Source: Clostridia bacterium (GTDB taxonomy: Bacteria > Bacillota > Clostridia > Christensenellales > UBA1242). From it: DNA of 64,000 bases. The translations under genes were made by a program, and so were the position numbers. The stretch covers positions 8,693-72,692 of the forward strand of contig JAFTKS010000013.1 of assembly GCA_017453125.1 (NCBI GenBank). The letters run 5' to 3'. Every line of letters starts with the position of its first letter. The stretch's first letter is position 1. The notes beneath the pieces were generated by a model, which had not been told where the DNA came from, searched no databases, and saw only the letters and a program-made list of their open reading frames with translations. Positions 18,262 to 30,480 of this stretch are shown in pieces.

Positions 18262-18993
18262 ATGATCACCAGCAAAAGTAATGAACTTATTAAACTATGT
18301 TTGGAAATTAAAGAGAAGAAAGGGTCTAGGAAACACAATCTTTGTTTTGTAGAAACTTTCAAAATAATCAAACAATTATATCAAAAGAATCTTCTTACAC
18401 ATATACTTGTATCTGACAATAAAGATATAGATTTATCGTGTTTTGAAGGAGTTTCTATTACCAAAATTTCAAACAATATTGCTAATTATCTTTCAGATGC
18501 AGTAACAACTGATGGGATATTTGCAATTTGTAAAATTCCAAATAACCAAGAGTCAAACTACATACGTTGTTTGATACTTGACAGAATTCAAGACCCTAGC
18601 AATCTTGGAGCTATAATTAGAAGTGCTTGTGCATTTGGTTATTCTACAATACTTTCTTTGAACTCGGTTTATCCATATTCTTTCAAGGTTATTAGATCGA
18701 GTATGGGATATGTCTTTGATATAAATTTTGTTGAAGTTGATTATGAAGAACTCAAAAAATTGAAGAACGAGAATAATATTAAATTTATTTCTGCCGATAT
18801 GAATGGTATTGAAATATCTCAAGTATCTATTTCTGAGGAAAATACTGCAATAATAATAGGAAATGAGGGGCAGGGTGTAAATGAGGAACTTATCAAGTTT
18901 TCTGATTTATGTGTCTCAATTCCGATGAAAAATAATGTTGAAAGTTTGAATGCTAGTGTGAGTGCTGGTATTTTAATGTATATTCTAAAGTAA
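18262..18993 (+). CDS. TrmH/SpoU-family RNA 2'-O-methyltransferase
   Basis: SPOUT motifs NLGAIIRSA, IIGNEGQGV and ESLNASVSAGILMY. Confidence 0.85.
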   Translation: MITSKSNELIKLCLEIKEKKGSRKHNLCFVETFKIIKQLYQKNLLTHILVSDNKDIDLSCFEGVSITKISNNIANYLSDAVTTDGIFAICKIPNNQESNYIRCLILDRIQDPSNLGAIIRSACAFGYSTILSLNSVYPYSFKVIRSSMGYVFDINFVEVDYEELKKLKNENNIKFISADMNGIEISQVSISEENTAIIIGNEGQGVNEELIKFSDLCVSIPMKNNVESLNASVSAGILMYILK

Positions 18994-19009
18994 AAAATGG
19001 AGAATTTTT

Positions 19010-19741
19010 ATGTCAGGACATAATAAATGGTCAAAAATTAAAAATGCAAAAGAGAAAAATGATCAACAAAACGCTAAAATGTACACAAAGATTGGTCGAG
19101 AAATTGCTGTTGCTGTAAAAGCAGGAGGCGCTGATCCAAACTCAAATTCGCAATTGAAGAATATTATTGCCAAAGCCAGAGCAATCAATATGCCAAATGA
19201 TAATATTAATAGAAGTATCAAGAAAGCAAGTGGTGAATTGGGTACTGTCAATTATGAAAGTATGACTTATGAAGGTTATGGAATTGGCGGAAGTGCAGTA
19301 ATTGTATATGCTTTGACTGATAACAAGAACAGAACTGCTAGTGATGTACGTCATATTTTTGATAAGTTTGGTGGTTCTCTTGGTAGTAATGGTTGCGTTT
19401 CTTATTTGTTTACAAAGAAAGGCGTTATCTATGTTCAGAAAGGAACTGGAATTAGTGATGATGATATGATGATGATTGCTCTTGATGCTGGTGCTGAGGA
19501 CATCTCAGTTGAAGATGAAATTTTTGAAATCTATACAAATCCAGATGATTTTGATACTGTAAAATCAAATCTTGAAACCGCTGGAGTTTCTATTGCTGAT
19601 AGTGCTATCGATTTGATTCCTTCAAATTATGTTAGTTTAGATGCAGAAAAGGAAGTTTCATTCAACAAGATGATTGATGCCCTTGAAGATAATGATGATG
19701 TTCAAGAAGTTTATCACAATGTAGAGTTATCTGAGGAATAA
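19010..19741 (+). CDS. YebC/PmpR-family DNA-binding transcriptional regulator
   Basis: N-terminus MSGHNKWSKIKNAKE, 243 aa. Often precedes ruvC. Confidence 0.93.
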   Translation: MSGHNKWSKIKNAKEKNDQQNAKMYTKIGREIAVAVKAGGADPNSNSQLKNIIAKARAINMPNDNINRSIKKASGELGTVNYESMTYEGYGIGGSAVIVYALTDNKNRTASDVRHIFDKFGGSLGSNGCVSYLFTKKGVIYVQKGTGISDDDMMMIALDAGAEDISVEDEIFEIYTNPDDFDTVKSNLETAGVSIADSAIDLIPSNYVSLDAEKEVSFNKMIDALEDNDDVQEVYHNVELSEE

Positions 19742-19761
19742 TATTTATTATTCCTTTTTTT
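19734..19761 (+). terminator. Intrinsic terminator after yebC-like gene
   Basis: AGGAATAAT attt ATTATTCCT followed by TTTTTT. Confidence 0.8.
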
Positions 19762-19769
19762 AATTTCTA

Positions 19770-19781
19770 AAACATTTGTTT
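19770..19781. promoter_or_regulatory. LexA (SOS) box overlapping the -35 of the ruvC promoter
   Basis: AAACATTTGTTT is the reverse complement of the recA box. It overlaps TTGACA (19780-19785), which is followed by a 17-nt spacer and TATACT (19803-19808). Confidence 0.6.
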
Positions 19782-19840
19782 GACACGATTACTTTTAAAT
19801 TATATACTTATATTGTAATTTTGAATTTATAAGGTGGTTT

Positions 19841-20335
19841 ATGATTGTTCTAGGAATTGACCCTGGTTTTGCTATAGTTGGATTCGGTGTCGTTGAGAAA
19901 CAGAAATCAAGAATTGATGTTGTAGATTACGGCGTTATTACTACACCGAAAGAAGACACATTGCCTATTCGACTTGAGAAAATTTATCGTGGTATGTGTG
20001 AACTTATAGATAAATACAAGCCAGATCACATTGCTGTTGAAGAACTTTTTTTCAATACAAATATTACAACTGGTATTGCTGTTGCTGAGGCTAGAGGGGT
20101 TATCCTTCTTGCTTGTATTAATAAAGGTTGCAAATTATTTGAATATACTCCTCTACAAATTAAACAAGCACTAACTGGCAATGGAAGAGCGGACAAGCAT
20201 CAAGTTCAATTTATGGTTAAAGCCATACTAAAATTGAATTCTATACCAAGACCCGATGATGCGGCTGATGGATTAGCAGCGGCTCTTTGTCATAGTCAAA
20301 CAAATTTATTGTTAGCGGGTACCGATATTAAATAA
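19841..20335 (+). CDS. ruvC: Crossover junction endodeoxyribonuclease RuvC
   Basis: N-terminus MIVLGIDPGFAIVGFGV (catalytic Asp), 164 aa. Followed by ruvA and ruvB. Confidence 0.93.
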   Translation: MIVLGIDPGFAIVGFGVVEKQKSRIDVVDYGVITTPKEDTLPIRLEKIYRGMCELIDKYKPDHIAVEELFFNTNITTGIAVAEARGVILLACINKGCKLFEYTPLQIKQALTGNGRADKHQVQFMVKAILKLNSIPRPDDAADGLAAALCHSQTNLLLAGTDIK

Positions 20336-20347
20336 GGAAGTAATTAT

Positions 20348-20941
20348 ATGTTTGCGTTTTTAAATGGAATTGTTGAAGAAAAAGGAAATAATTTGGCTGT
20401 AATAAATGTTGGTGGTGTTGGTTTTGAACTTAATGTGAGCGAAACTACAATATTTGAACTGCCTGACATTGGTCAATCTTGTATGGTTTATACTTATATG
20501 GCTGTTAGAGAAGACGCTATTACTTTATTTGGATTTGCAAGTTTGGAAGAGAAATCTGCTTTCCTAAAGTTAATTAATGTAAGTGGAATTGGTGGCAAAA
20601 TGGCTGTTGCAATACTTTCTGCAATGCCTGTATCTGATTTGATTGATGCTATTGTATCTGAGAATGTGAAGTTATTATCTTCTATCAAGGGATTAGGAAA
20701 GAAGACTGCTGAGAGATTGATTGTAGAACTCAAGAATAGTTTTGATGACTTGCAAATTAGTATGTTGCAACCAAGTAAAAAAGCAATGGCGCCATCTAGT
20801 GCTATTGAAGAGGCTATTGATACTCTTGTTGCTATGGGGCTTACTAGATTTGATGCTACAAATATTGTCAAGAATGTTACCGAGCCAAATGATAAAGCAG
20901 AAGATATCATTAAGAAAAGTTTGAAAAATATGAATAAATAA
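20348..20941 (+). CDS. ruvA: Holliday junction branch migration complex subunit RuvA
   Basis: HhH motifs [12 protein letters not shown] and [10 protein letters not shown]. Confidence 0.93.
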   Translation: MFAFLNGIVEEKGNNLAVINVGGVGFELNVSETTIFELPDIGQSCMVYTYMAVREDAITLFGFASLEEKSAFLKLINVSGIGGKMAVAILSAMPVSDLIDAIVSENVKLLSSIKGLGKKTAERLIVELKNSFDDLQISMLQPSKKAMAPSSAIEEAIDTLVAMGLTRFDATNIVKNVTEPNDKAEDIIKKSLKNMNK

Positions 20942-20949
20942 AGGCAAAT

Positions 20950-22008
20950 ATGGAAGAAGAAAGATTTATTACATCGACCAAAAATTTAACAGAGAGTGAG
21001 GTTGAAAATACTCTAAGGCCTACCTCAATGGACGAATATGTTGGTCAGGAAAAGATTAAGAAAAATCTTAATATTTATATCAAGGCTGCAAAAAATAGAG
21101 GGGACGCGCTAGATCACGTTCTTCTTTATGGTCCTCCTGGACTAGGAAAAACTACACTTTCGCATATCATTGCTAATGAGTTGGGTACTAATATAAAAAT
21201 TACTAGTGGTCCTGCTATTGAAAAAGTAGCTGATCTTGCTAGTATTCTTAGTAATATGCAAAGAAATGAGGTTCTATTTATTGACGAAATACATAGGCTT
21301 AGTCGTTCTGTTGAAGAGGTATTGTATCCTGCAATGGAAGATTTTGCTTTGGATATTATTCTCGGCAAAGGACCTGGTGCAAGAACAATGCGAATTAATG
21401 TTGAGCCTTTTACATTGATTGGTGCTACTACGAAAGCCGGAATGTTGACAGGTCCTTTGAGAGATAGATTTGGTGTGGTTTGTAGACTTGAAATGTATAC
21501 AACTGCTGAGCTTGCGAAAATTATCACACGTAGTGCAAATATATTAGGAACACCTATTGAAGAAGATGCTTGTTTGGAGTTGGCTAAGAGAAGTAGAGGT
21601 ACTCCAAGAATTGCCAATCGTCTTCTTCGAAGAATTCGTGATTTTGCTGAAGTTGCTGGCAGTGATAGAATTACTAATGAGATTTGTAAGCAAGCCCTTG
21701 AAATCCTTGAAGTTGATGATTTAGGACTTGATTTCACAGACAGGGTAGTTCTAGAAACTATAATTGATAAGTTTCACGGTGGACCTGTTGGTCTTAATAC
21801 ACTTTCGGCAGCAACCGGTGAGGACGCTAACACAATTGAAGATGTGTATGAGCCATATCTTCTTCAACTTGGTTTTGTCGCAAGAACTCCTAGGGGTAGG
21901 GTTGCTCTTCCAAATGCTTATAAACATTTAGGTCGAAAGTTTTCTGCAAAAAATCAAGAATATTTAAAATTATTTATTGAAAGCGATGACGATGATGAAC
22001 AAAAATAA
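20950..22008 (+). CDS. ruvB: Holliday junction branch migration DNA helicase RuvB
   Basis: Walker [14 protein letters not shown] and Walker [10 protein letters not shown]. Confidence 0.97.
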   Translation: MEEERFITSTKNLTESEVENTLRPTSMDEYVGQEKIKKNLNIYIKAAKNRGDALDHVLLYGPPGLGKTTLSHIIANELGTNIKITSGPAIEKVADLASILSNMQRNEVLFIDEIHRLSRSVEEVLYPAMEDFALDIILGKGPGARTMRINVEPFTLIGATTKAGMLTGPLRDRFGVVCRLEMYTTAELAKIITRSANILGTPIEEDACLELAKRSRGTPRIANRLLRRIRDFAEVAGSDRITNEICKQALEILEVDDLGLDFTDRVVLETIIDKFHGGPVGLNTLSAATGEDANTIEDVYEPYLLQLGFVARTPRGRVALPNAYKHLGRKFSAKNQEYLKLFIESDDDDEQK

Positions 22009-23038
22009 TTTGGATTTATTAAACACAAAGTCGTATTATTATGACCTGCCTGAAGAATTAATTGCACAAACACCTGCCGAACCTAGAGATAGTTCTCGTC
22101 TTCTTGTTTGTCACAAGGAAAGCGGTCAGTTCGAGCATAAGACTTTTTCTGATATTATAGATTATTTACAAGAGGGCGATGTTCTTGTTATTAATAACAC
22201 AAAGGTATTGCCCGCTAGATTGTTTGGCAAAAAAGAAACAGGAGCTACTATTGAAGTGTTACTTTTGAAACGTCTAGATATTAGCACTTGGGAATGTCTT
22301 GCAAAGCCTGGTAAGAGATTGAAACAAGGCACGGAGATTATTTTTTCTGATACTCTTAAGGGGATTGTTAAGTCAGATACTGAGTTTGGTGGAAAGATTA
22401 TTTCTTTTCAATTTAAGGGGGTATTTGAAGCTGAGATTGCCAAAGTTGGCGTAATGCCGTTGCCTCCGTATATCCGAAAGCAATATAAAGACCCAACTAG
22501 ATATCAAACTGTTTATAACAAAACTAGTGGTAGTAGTGCGGCTCCAACTGCAGGACTTCATTTCACGCAAGATTTGTTAGACAGAATTAAGGCTAAAGGC
22601 ATTACAATCGTAGAAGTACTATTACACGTTGGTCTTGGAACTTTTCGACCTGTTAGTGAAGAGAATATTTTAAATCACAAGATGCATAGCGAGTATATTG
22701 AATTAAGCAAGGAATCTGCCGATATTATAAATAAAGCAAAACGCGAGAAAAGGCGAGTAATTGCTGTTGGAACTACAAGCATTAGGGTTTTGGAAAGTGC
22801 CGTAAATAATATGGGTATACTTGAGCCTTGCAAGAAAGAAACTGATATATTTATATATCCTGGTTATAAATTTCAAGTTGTAGATGGCATTATTACAAAT
22901 TTCCATTTGCCTGAAAGTACATTGATTATGCTTGTGTCGGCATTCTTGGGGTTTGATAAAACAATGGAAATGTACAATCTTGCTGTTTCACAAAAATATA
23001 GGTTTTTTAGTTTCGGCGATGCTACACTTTTAATTTAA
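21986..23038 (+). CDS. queA: S-adenosylmethionine:tRNA ribosyltransferase-isomerase
   Basis: Motifs [25 protein letters not shown] and [12 protein letters not shown]. The start is ambiguous (TTG 21977; ATG 21986, 21992 or 21995) and overlaps the ruvB 3' end. Confidence 0.92.
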   Translation: MTMMNKNNLDLLNTKSYYYDLPEELIAQTPAEPRDSSRLLVCHKESGQFEHKTFSDIIDYLQEGDVLVINNTKVLPARLFGKKETGATIEVLLLKRLDISTWECLAKPGKRLKQGTEIIFSDTLKGIVKSDTEFGGKIISFQFKGVFEAEIAKVGVMPLPPYIRKQYKDPTRYQTVYNKTSGSSAAPTAGLHFTQDLLDRIKAKGITIVEVLLHVGLGTFRPVSEENILNHKMHSEYIELSKESADIINKAKREKRRVIAVGTTSIRVLESAVNNMGILEPCKKETDIFIYPGYKFQVVDGIITNFHLPESTLIMLVSAFLGFDKTMEMYNLAVSQKYRFFSFGDATLLI

Positions 23039-23051
23039 TGGGAAGTGAAAG

Positions 23052-24412
<1,361 letters not shown>

Positions 24413-24515
24413 TAGATTTTTACAAAATTTGCATTTCATAGTGTTAATTTAATTTGATTATTTTAATGCTTTTGTTATAATTAATTTATAAATATTGTAT
24501 TTTAAGGAGATATGT

Positions 24516-24953
24516 ATGAATAACTTATTATCTGTTGGTTCTTTTTTTAGTCAATATTGGATGTTGATTGTTTTAATTGTTGCTGTGATTGCTATGTTTG
24601 TGCCACCTTTTATTAGACAAAAGAAGGAGATGACTGCAAGAAACGAACTTAATGAGTCTCTTAAAAAGGGTGTTAAGATTATAACTACTGCTGGTGTTTA
24701 TGGTACAATTGAATCGATTGAAGATACTACTGATGGTAAAGTGGTTACTATTGTAACAGGAACTTCAAAAAATCCTACAACTATGACTATTCACATTAAT
24801 GCTATTATGGGTATTGATAATAAAAAGCCTAGTAATGGTAAAAATGATGTTGAGGAAAAGAGTACTAAAAAAACTGAAGAGGTTGAAGAAGAGGTTGTTT
24901 CTGAAGAAGTTCAAGAAGAAAAGAAACCAACCAAAAAGAAAACTTCAAAATAA
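24516..24953 (+). CDS. yajC: Preprotein translocase subunit YajC with Glu/Lys-rich C-terminal tail
   Basis: AAGGAG RBS before ATG 24516. One TM segment, then VKIITTAGVYGTIESI (YajC core). Lies after tgt. Confidence 0.85.
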   Translation: MNNLLSVGSFFSQYWMLIVLIVAVIAMFVPPFIRQKKEMTARNELNESLKKGVKIITTAGVYGTIESIEDTTDGKVVTIVTGTSKNPTTMTIHINAIMGIDNKKPSNGKNDVEEKSTKKTEEVEEEVVSEEVQEEKKPTKKKTSK

Positions 24954-24968
24954 TTATTATGTTTATAA

Positions 24969-25001
24969 AGATTTGTGGTTATTTGTCGCAAATCTTTTTT
25001 T
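24969..25001 (+). terminator. Intrinsic terminator after yajC
   Basis: AGATTTG / CAAATCT stem with a 13-nt loop, followed by TTTTTT. Confidence 0.6.
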
Positions 25002-25078
25002 ATTTTAACTTTATTGACTTATTCGTAATATTTTACTAATTTGTCTCATAAATAATTAAAAATGTTTTGAGAGGGAAT

Positions 25079-25477
25079 ATGAGCAAAGTGGAAATTATGA
25101 ACGTTAAGAGAAAAGATTTACTATCTATTTTAAGTGGCACAATTGTTGCAATTGCTACAACTCTGATATTGATTCTTTTATTTGCGTTACTAATAAGATT
25201 TGTTAATATTTCTGAGAATTTTATATTCCCAGTTAATCAAGTTATCAAGGTTATAAGTATGATTGTAGGTGTACTAGTATTTATTAAAAAGCAGCCACAA
25301 AACGGATTTTTGAAAGGTGTTCTTTTAGGACTAACTTATTACATTCTTAGCTATATTATATTCAGTATTTTGCAAGGTGGCTTTGCACTGAGTTTAAATA
25401 ATTTCTACGATTTAATTTTGACAACTTTAATGGGCGGGTTGATTGGAATTATAATTATTAATATTCTAAAAAGATAA
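25079..25477 (+). CDS. Small 4-TM membrane protein (YrzE/TIGR04086-like by size and position)
   Basis: About 132 aa with four hydrophobic helices, between yajC and secD. Start is uncertain (25079 or 25097). Confidence 0.55.
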   Translation: MSKVEIMNVKRKDLLSILSGTIVAIATTLILILLFALLIRFVNISENFIFPVNQVIKVISMIVGVLVFIKKQPQNGFLKGVLLGLTYYILSYIIFSILQGGFALSLNNFYDLILTTLMGGLIGIIIINILKR

Positions 25478-25500
25478 TTTATTTTTGAATTTTAACATTA

Positions 25501-25535
25501 CACTTAAGTTTTCCTAAAACTTAGGTGTTTTTTTG
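25501..25535 (+). terminator. Intrinsic terminator
   Basis: CACTTAAGTTTT cct AAAACTTAGGTG followed by an 8-T run. Confidence 0.85.
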
Positions 25536-25545
25536 TAAAAAAAAA

Positions 25546-25574
25546 TTGACTATGTTGTTGTTATATTGTATAAT
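25546..25574 (+). promoter_or_regulatory. Sigma-A promoter of secDF
   Basis: TTGACT (25546-25551), 17-nt spacer, TATAAT (25569-25574). Leader of about 160 nt. Confidence 0.6.
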
Positions 25575-25738
25575 ACTTAAGTTAAATTGTTTAATATATT
25601 ATTGTTTTGTATAAATTTTTTTGTTAAGGGCTTTAAAATTTTAGATTTGTCAATAATTATATTAAAACTATTTATGAATTCAAGTGTATTGAATTTGTAT
25701 TTGGGCTTTTAGCCTTAGACTTATTTTGGAGAGACATA

Positions 25739-27025
25739 ATGAAGAAAAAGAGAGCAATTAGAAATTATGTGCTAGTTAGTATTTTTGTTGTTATTGTATT
25801 CTTGCTTAGCTTTATTTCATTCCCTGTTCCAGGAACAAATTATAATTTTGTTGGACTTGCTAATTTGCATCAGGGTTTGGAACTTGGCGGTGGAGTTAAG
25901 AACACATACAATTTAGAAGTTGCTGATTGGTACAAAGGCACAAAGGAAAGTGCTTACAGAAAAGCCATTGATAGAGTACAAGAACTTCTTGATAAAAACT
26001 ATGCAGATGCAAAAGTTTATCTTAGTGGTGAGGATCAAATAACCGTAGAAGTTCCTGATACTTTTATCAATAACAATTACCTTGTTGGTTTGATTGAAAT
26101 GAAGAGTGAATCGGGAGAATCTGCACCGGCGTTGGTAACAGGTGAAGATATTGAGAAGGTTGAATATACCTTAAATGGCACTGTTCACGGAGTGTATGTT
26201 GAGTTTACAAAAGTTGGTAAAGAAAAATTTAGAGAACTTACAAAAACAGTAAGTGCTTCTAGTGAACAAACAATGTACATTTATATGAACAAAGACTACG
26301 AAAACCCATTCTCTCAGACTACTGTTACTGAAGAAAATACAATGGGATTTACATTTATTTCTGGGTCTAGTATCGTAGATAAAAAATCTGGACAGGAATA
26401 CGCTAACAAAATTGAGAGTGCATTGATTGGTGTTAATATGTCTTCGGACGTCAGTGCTATTGAAATCACTGGTGTATTTGGAGAGCATACAAGACTTGTA
26501 ATGACAATTGCTACAATTGTTTTGGTTGTGGCATCAATTGCAGTTGCTGTTGTGTTATTTAGAGAACTTGGAATGGTTTCGATGTTATCTGTTTTATTTG
26601 CGTTGGCTGTTTCTGTTTTGATTTCAGCTATTTGTGATATGCAAATTACTTTTGCTGGTTGGCTTGGTTTTGTATCAGGATATATTCTTAACTTTGTATT
26701 GCATATGCATTATCTTGGTGTTATTAAGAAAGAATATGCTAGTGGAAAGAAGTTTACTGTTTCATTCACATCTGGCTACAAAACTGCCTTGTTTAATATT
26801 TTGGATACATTGATAATTGTTGCGGGAACTATGTTACTTGTGTTAATTGTGCCAAGTAGTTTGGTAAGAGCATTCTCATATAATATGTTAATGACTTTAG
26901 CTGGAACCGCATTCACTTCTATGTACTTAAACAAGGTTCTTGCTGTTAACTATACTGCGTTCAATGCAAGAAAAGAAAAGAAAGTTAATTTTGCAAGGGA
27001 GGTAGAGATTGATGAAGTTAAATAA
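25739..27025 (+). CDS. secD: Protein translocase subunit SecD
   Basis: N-terminal TM segment, periplasmic-type domain with GLELGGGV, and a C-terminal 5-TM bundle. Followed by secF. Confidence 0.88.
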   Translation: MKKKRAIRNYVLVSIFVVIVFLLSFISFPVPGTNYNFVGLANLHQGLELGGGVKNTYNLEVADWYKGTKESAYRKAIDRVQELLDKNYADAKVYLSGEDQITVEVPDTFINNNYLVGLIEMKSESGESAPALVTGEDIEKVEYTLNGTVHGVYVEFTKVGKEKFRELTKTVSASSEQTMYIYMNKDYENPFSQTTVTEENTMGFTFISGSSIVDKKSGQEYANKIESALIGVNMSSDVSAIEITGVFGEHTRLVMTIATIVLVVASIAVAVVLFRELGMVSMLSVLFALAVSVLISAICDMQITFAGWLGFVSGYILNFVLHMHYLGVIKKEYASGKKFTVSFTSGYKTALFNILDTLIIVAGTMLLVLIVPSSLVRAFSYNMLMTLAGTAFTSMYLNKVLAVNYTAFNARKEKKVNFAREVEIDEVK

Positions 27026-28043
27026 TAAATTGAACTATGTTTCAAAATTTAAGTATTTTATGATTATTCCAATCGTTATCGTTCTTGCTTCTATTGTCAT
27101 TGGTGCTATTTTCAATCTTAATTTTGATTATGATTTTAGAAAAGTAGATAATTTTTCAGTTAAATTTAATACAACTGTTACAGAATCTGAATATGATGCT
27201 TTAGAAGAAAGTATTTCTGGTATTCTTGACAAACAAGGTTTCAAACAATATAGACTAGAGCGTATTGGTTCTGGAGCTCAGAATGCAATTTTAGTCAAAA
27301 TTCCTAATGATAATGGTTCTTTTGATTCTGCTATTGACGAAGTAAAAGTAATTATCGAGGACAAATTGCTTTCTGTCACAGATTCAATTTCTACTTCTGT
27401 TGTTGTAACTACATCAGAAACAGGGTATTCTCATCCTAAGAACGTTACAAACTTGATTTTGTATTCTACACTTTCAATAGTTTGTATTATTCTATTTATG
27501 TTCTTATATAATGTAATTAGATATAATTTAGCATCTGCTTACTCAATTGCGCTCTCTATTTTACTTGAGGTTGCAATGCTATTCTCTTCTATGGTTTTAT
27601 TTAGAATTCCATTTAATTATTATTTTGTAGTTCCTTTTATTGTAATGATTACAACTACAATTATCAATACAACTTATATTAATAATTATATAAAAAATAC
27701 ACTTACACTTGATTCTTATGCAAAAACAACAAATAGTAGTAGAGTTGAAGAGGCTACTTGTAAGACATTCAAACTTATAAGCTGTTACACTCTAATGATT
27801 ATGGCTGTTGTTCTATCTGTTATGTTCTTTGGTGGTCCATCATTAATTTATCTTGGACTTGCAATTGTTGTTGGATTAATTATTTCTGCATTTGTTTCGT
27901 TATTCTTCAATACTTCTCTTTGGTCATTCTGGTATAGAAAAGACAAAGATTCAGTTCTAAAAAGAAGAATTCTTGCAGAACAAAAGAAACAGGATATCAA
28001 AGACGGCAAAGCAAAACCAGTTGACGATAAGATTGTAGTTTAA
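27012..28043 (+). CDS. secF: Protein translocase subunit SecF
   Basis: GGGAGG RBS before ATG 27012. TM1 plus extracytoplasmic domain plus 5 TM. Overlaps the secD 3' end. Confidence 0.88.
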   Translation: MKLNNKLNYVSKFKYFMIIPIVIVLASIVIGAIFNLNFDYDFRKVDNFSVKFNTTVTESEYDALEESISGILDKQGFKQYRLERIGSGAQNAILVKIPNDNGSFDSAIDEVKVIIEDKLLSVTDSISTSVVVTTSETGYSHPKNVTNLILYSTLSIVCIILFMFLYNVIRYNLASAYSIALSILLEVAMLFSSMVLFRIPFNYYFVVPFIVMITTTIINTTYINNYIKNTLTLDSYAKTTNSSRVEEATCKTFKLISCYTLMIMAVVLSVMFFGGPSLIYLGLAIVVGLIISAFVSLFFNTSLWSFWYRKDKDSVLKRRILAEQKKQDIKDGKAKPVDDKIVV

Positions 28044-28054
28044 TTTAATATCAA

Positions 28055-28084
28055 AGCCCTTATAGTTTTTATAGGGGCTTTTTG
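28055..28084 (+). terminator. Intrinsic terminator after secF
   Basis: AGCCCTTATA / TATAGGGGCT stem followed by TTTTT. Confidence 0.8.
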
Positions 28085-28091
28085 GTTTTTT

Positions 28092-30470
28092 ATGAAATTT
28101 TTGAAAAAATGTGATAAACAAATTAATATTGATAAGGTAAAAGAATACGCCAAGGAATTTGATTTGAATGAAGATGTTGTCAAATTACTTTTCTTGCGTG
28201 GAATTGATACCAAAGAAGAGTTAGAAAAGTATTTGATTTGCGGGCCAACTCAGCTTAATAATCCATTTCTTTTGAAGGATATGGATAAGGTATGTGAAAA
28301 AATTAATTATTATATTAATAACAATAAAAAAATCCTAATTATGGGAGATTATGATACAGATGGTATAAGTGCTTCTGCTATTCTTTATAAGTATTTCCAA
28401 AGTCGAAATATTTATGCTGATGTTTTCTTACCAAACAGATTTGTTGATGGCTATGGTTTGACAATTGATACTATTAATAAAATTTATGAAATGTATCATC
28501 CTGATTTGATAATTACAGTTGACTGCGGAATCACTTGTGTAGATGAGGTCAAGTATTGTAAAGAATTGGGTGTTGATATAATTGTTACCGATCACCACGA
28601 TATTCCTGAAGTTATTCCCGATACGTTGATTATAAACCCTAAACTTGATGGACAAATATATCCATTCAAAGATTTATGTGGTGCTGGAGTTGCTTTGAAA
28701 TTAGTTCAAGCATTAGGTGGTCTTGAAGAGGCATTGAAATACACAACTATAGCAACTCTTGCAACAGTTGCTGATATTGTATCATTGACTGATGAAAATA
28801 GAGCGATAGTAAAATTAGGTCTTGCTAATCAAAAAGAGCAATTACCTAAGGGACTTAAACAATTATGTAAACAATTAAAAATATCACTTCCATTAACTAG
28901 TACCGATATATCTTTTAAAATGGCTCCAAAAATCAATGCTACTGGAAGAATGGGCGATGCAATAATTTCTTTTAAATTGTATGTTGAGAATGATGATGAC
29001 AAAATCAAAGAGAATATTGATTTGCTTTTGGAACTAAATGATAAGAGAGTGAATGAAACAAATAATATTTTTCTTTCAGCTTGTGAAATGCTCGAGGATA
29101 CAAATGTCTCAAGACTAGGAATGATTGTATTATATAACGAAGACTGGGAAAGTGGTGTACTTGGCATAATTTGCTCAAAATTAGTAGAAAAATACAACAA
29201 ACCTGTTTGTTTGCTTAGTCTTGTTGATAATGAATTTAAGGGAAGTTGTAGAAGTATTCCTGGTGTTAATATTTTTGAAGCGCTAAGCAGTGTTTCCGAT
29301 ATTTTAATAAGATTTGGTGGACATAATCAAGCGGGAGGACTTTCTATTGAAAGAAAGCATTTGAAAGAATTCAGAACACGTATTAATGATTATGTTTTGA
29401 ATCACACGAATGAAGATGAATTAATTACTCGAAAATATTATGATATGGATTTAACTTCAGTTGAAATAACTCCTAAATTCGTAGAAGATTTAAGTGTCTT
29501 TGAACCTTGTGGATTTAAAAATGAAAAGCCTATGTTCAAGGTTACAATTACTGAAAATTCTACCTCAAGAATGACCAATTATCCTCAGCATATTAGAATC
29601 AAACAAGGTAATTTGAATTTAATTGGGTTCTGTAAGGGTGAATATTATTATAATTTAAATGTTAATTGTCATAAAGAAGTTATTGTTGAGTTGTCTTTAG
29701 AAAAGAGTGGTACTAAGTCAAAAATAAGTGGTTTTATTCGTCATATTAACTATTCAAAACTAAATACTGCAACCAAAAGTGAAATTATTTCGGCTAATTA
29801 TTTAACACAATTAGAATTCATAAACTTCAAAAATGAATATGATAATTTTAAAACGATAAATATTTCTGACGCATTTGAAAAAATTAATCAATTATGCTCG
29901 CAAAGTAAGTTTGGAACTGCTATAATAATTAATGATATGGAAACATATTTTAGTGCAATAAAAAATATTAAGGATATTCAAAACTTTGAATTGTTTAATA
30001 TTTTAAATGCTTGCGGTGAGAATGTTATTGTTTTTGCACCAAGTAGCGATGTATCCTTCAAAGATTATCAAAATATTTTTGTACTTGATAATTACTTATG
30101 TAGAGGCTATGTATCATCTTTGTGTACAAAATTTAATAAAGTATATTGTGTTAATTCCAAACTAAATATGAATTTATTTTCAAATTTGGATCCTGCTCGT
30201 GAATCTTTTGCAAAAATGATGAATTCTGTTAAAGCAAATAAATCACCAGCTGCATCTTATGATCTTATCAATTATTTTAATAATTTGAAAAGATATAATA
30301 TGATAGATAGAAATACTAAGTATAATCAATTTGTTTTCTTTGTTATTGTTATGAAAGAATTAGGTATCGCAAAATTTGAAGATGGTCAGATAGTTCTTAC
30401 AGATGTTAAAAGTAAACTAGAAAATTCTAGTATATATGATTTTGTTACTAAACTTTTGAATTTAAAATAG
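28092..30470 (+). CDS. recJ: Single-stranded-DNA-specific exonuclease RecJ
   Basis: DHH motifs GDYDTDGISA and VTDHHD; DHHA1 motif GGHNQAGG. 792 aa with a long C-terminal extension. Confidence 0.93.
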   Translation: MKFLKKCDKQINIDKVKEYAKEFDLNEDVVKLLFLRGIDTKEELEKYLICGPTQLNNPFLLKDMDKVCEKINYYINNNKKILIMGDYDTDGISASAILYKYFQSRNIYADVFLPNRFVDGYGLTIDTINKIYEMYHPDLIITVDCGITCVDEVKYCKELGVDIIVTDHHDIPEVIPDTLIINPKLDGQIYPFKDLCGAGVALKLVQALGGLEEALKYTTIATLATVADIVSLTDENRAIVKLGLANQKEQLPKGLKQLCKQLKISLPLTSTDISFKMAPKINATGRMGDAIISFKLYVENDDDKIKENIDLLLELNDKRVNETNNIFLSACEMLEDTNVSRLGMIVLYNEDWESGVLGIICSKLVEKYNKPVCLLSLVDNEFKGSCRSIPGVNIFEALSSVSDILIRFGGHNQAGGLSIERKHLKEFRTRINDYVLNHTNEDELITRKYYDMDLTSVEITPKFVEDLSVFEPCGFKNEKPMFKVTITENSTSRMTNYPQHIRIKQGNLNLIGFCKGEYYYNLNVNCHKEVIVELSLEKSGTKSKISGFIRHINYSKLNTATKSEIISANYLTQLEFINFKNEYDNFKTINISDAFEKINQLCSQSKFGTAIIINDMETYFSAIKNIKDIQNFELFNILNACGENVIVFAPSSDVSFKDYQNIFVLDNYLCRGYVSSLCTKFNKVYCVNSKLNMNLFSNLDPARESFAKMMNSVKANKSPAASYDLINYFNNLKRYNMIDRNTKYNQFVFFVIVMKELGIAKFEDGQIVLTDVKSKLENSSIYDFVTKLLNLK

Positions 30471-30480
30471 GGGTGATAGA

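Noticed and set aside
21126-21737. Long antisense ORFs inside well-supported genes: 203 aa opposite ruvB; also 14679-15227 opposite recN, 476-973 opposite infB, 20494-20910 opposite ruvA and 11471-11926 opposite proS.
   Set aside because: They lie entirely within genes that have strong motif support on the other strand. Their composition is low-complexity (Ser/Ile/Leu/Asn-rich) and they have no RBS. These are typical shadow ORFs of an AT-rich genome.
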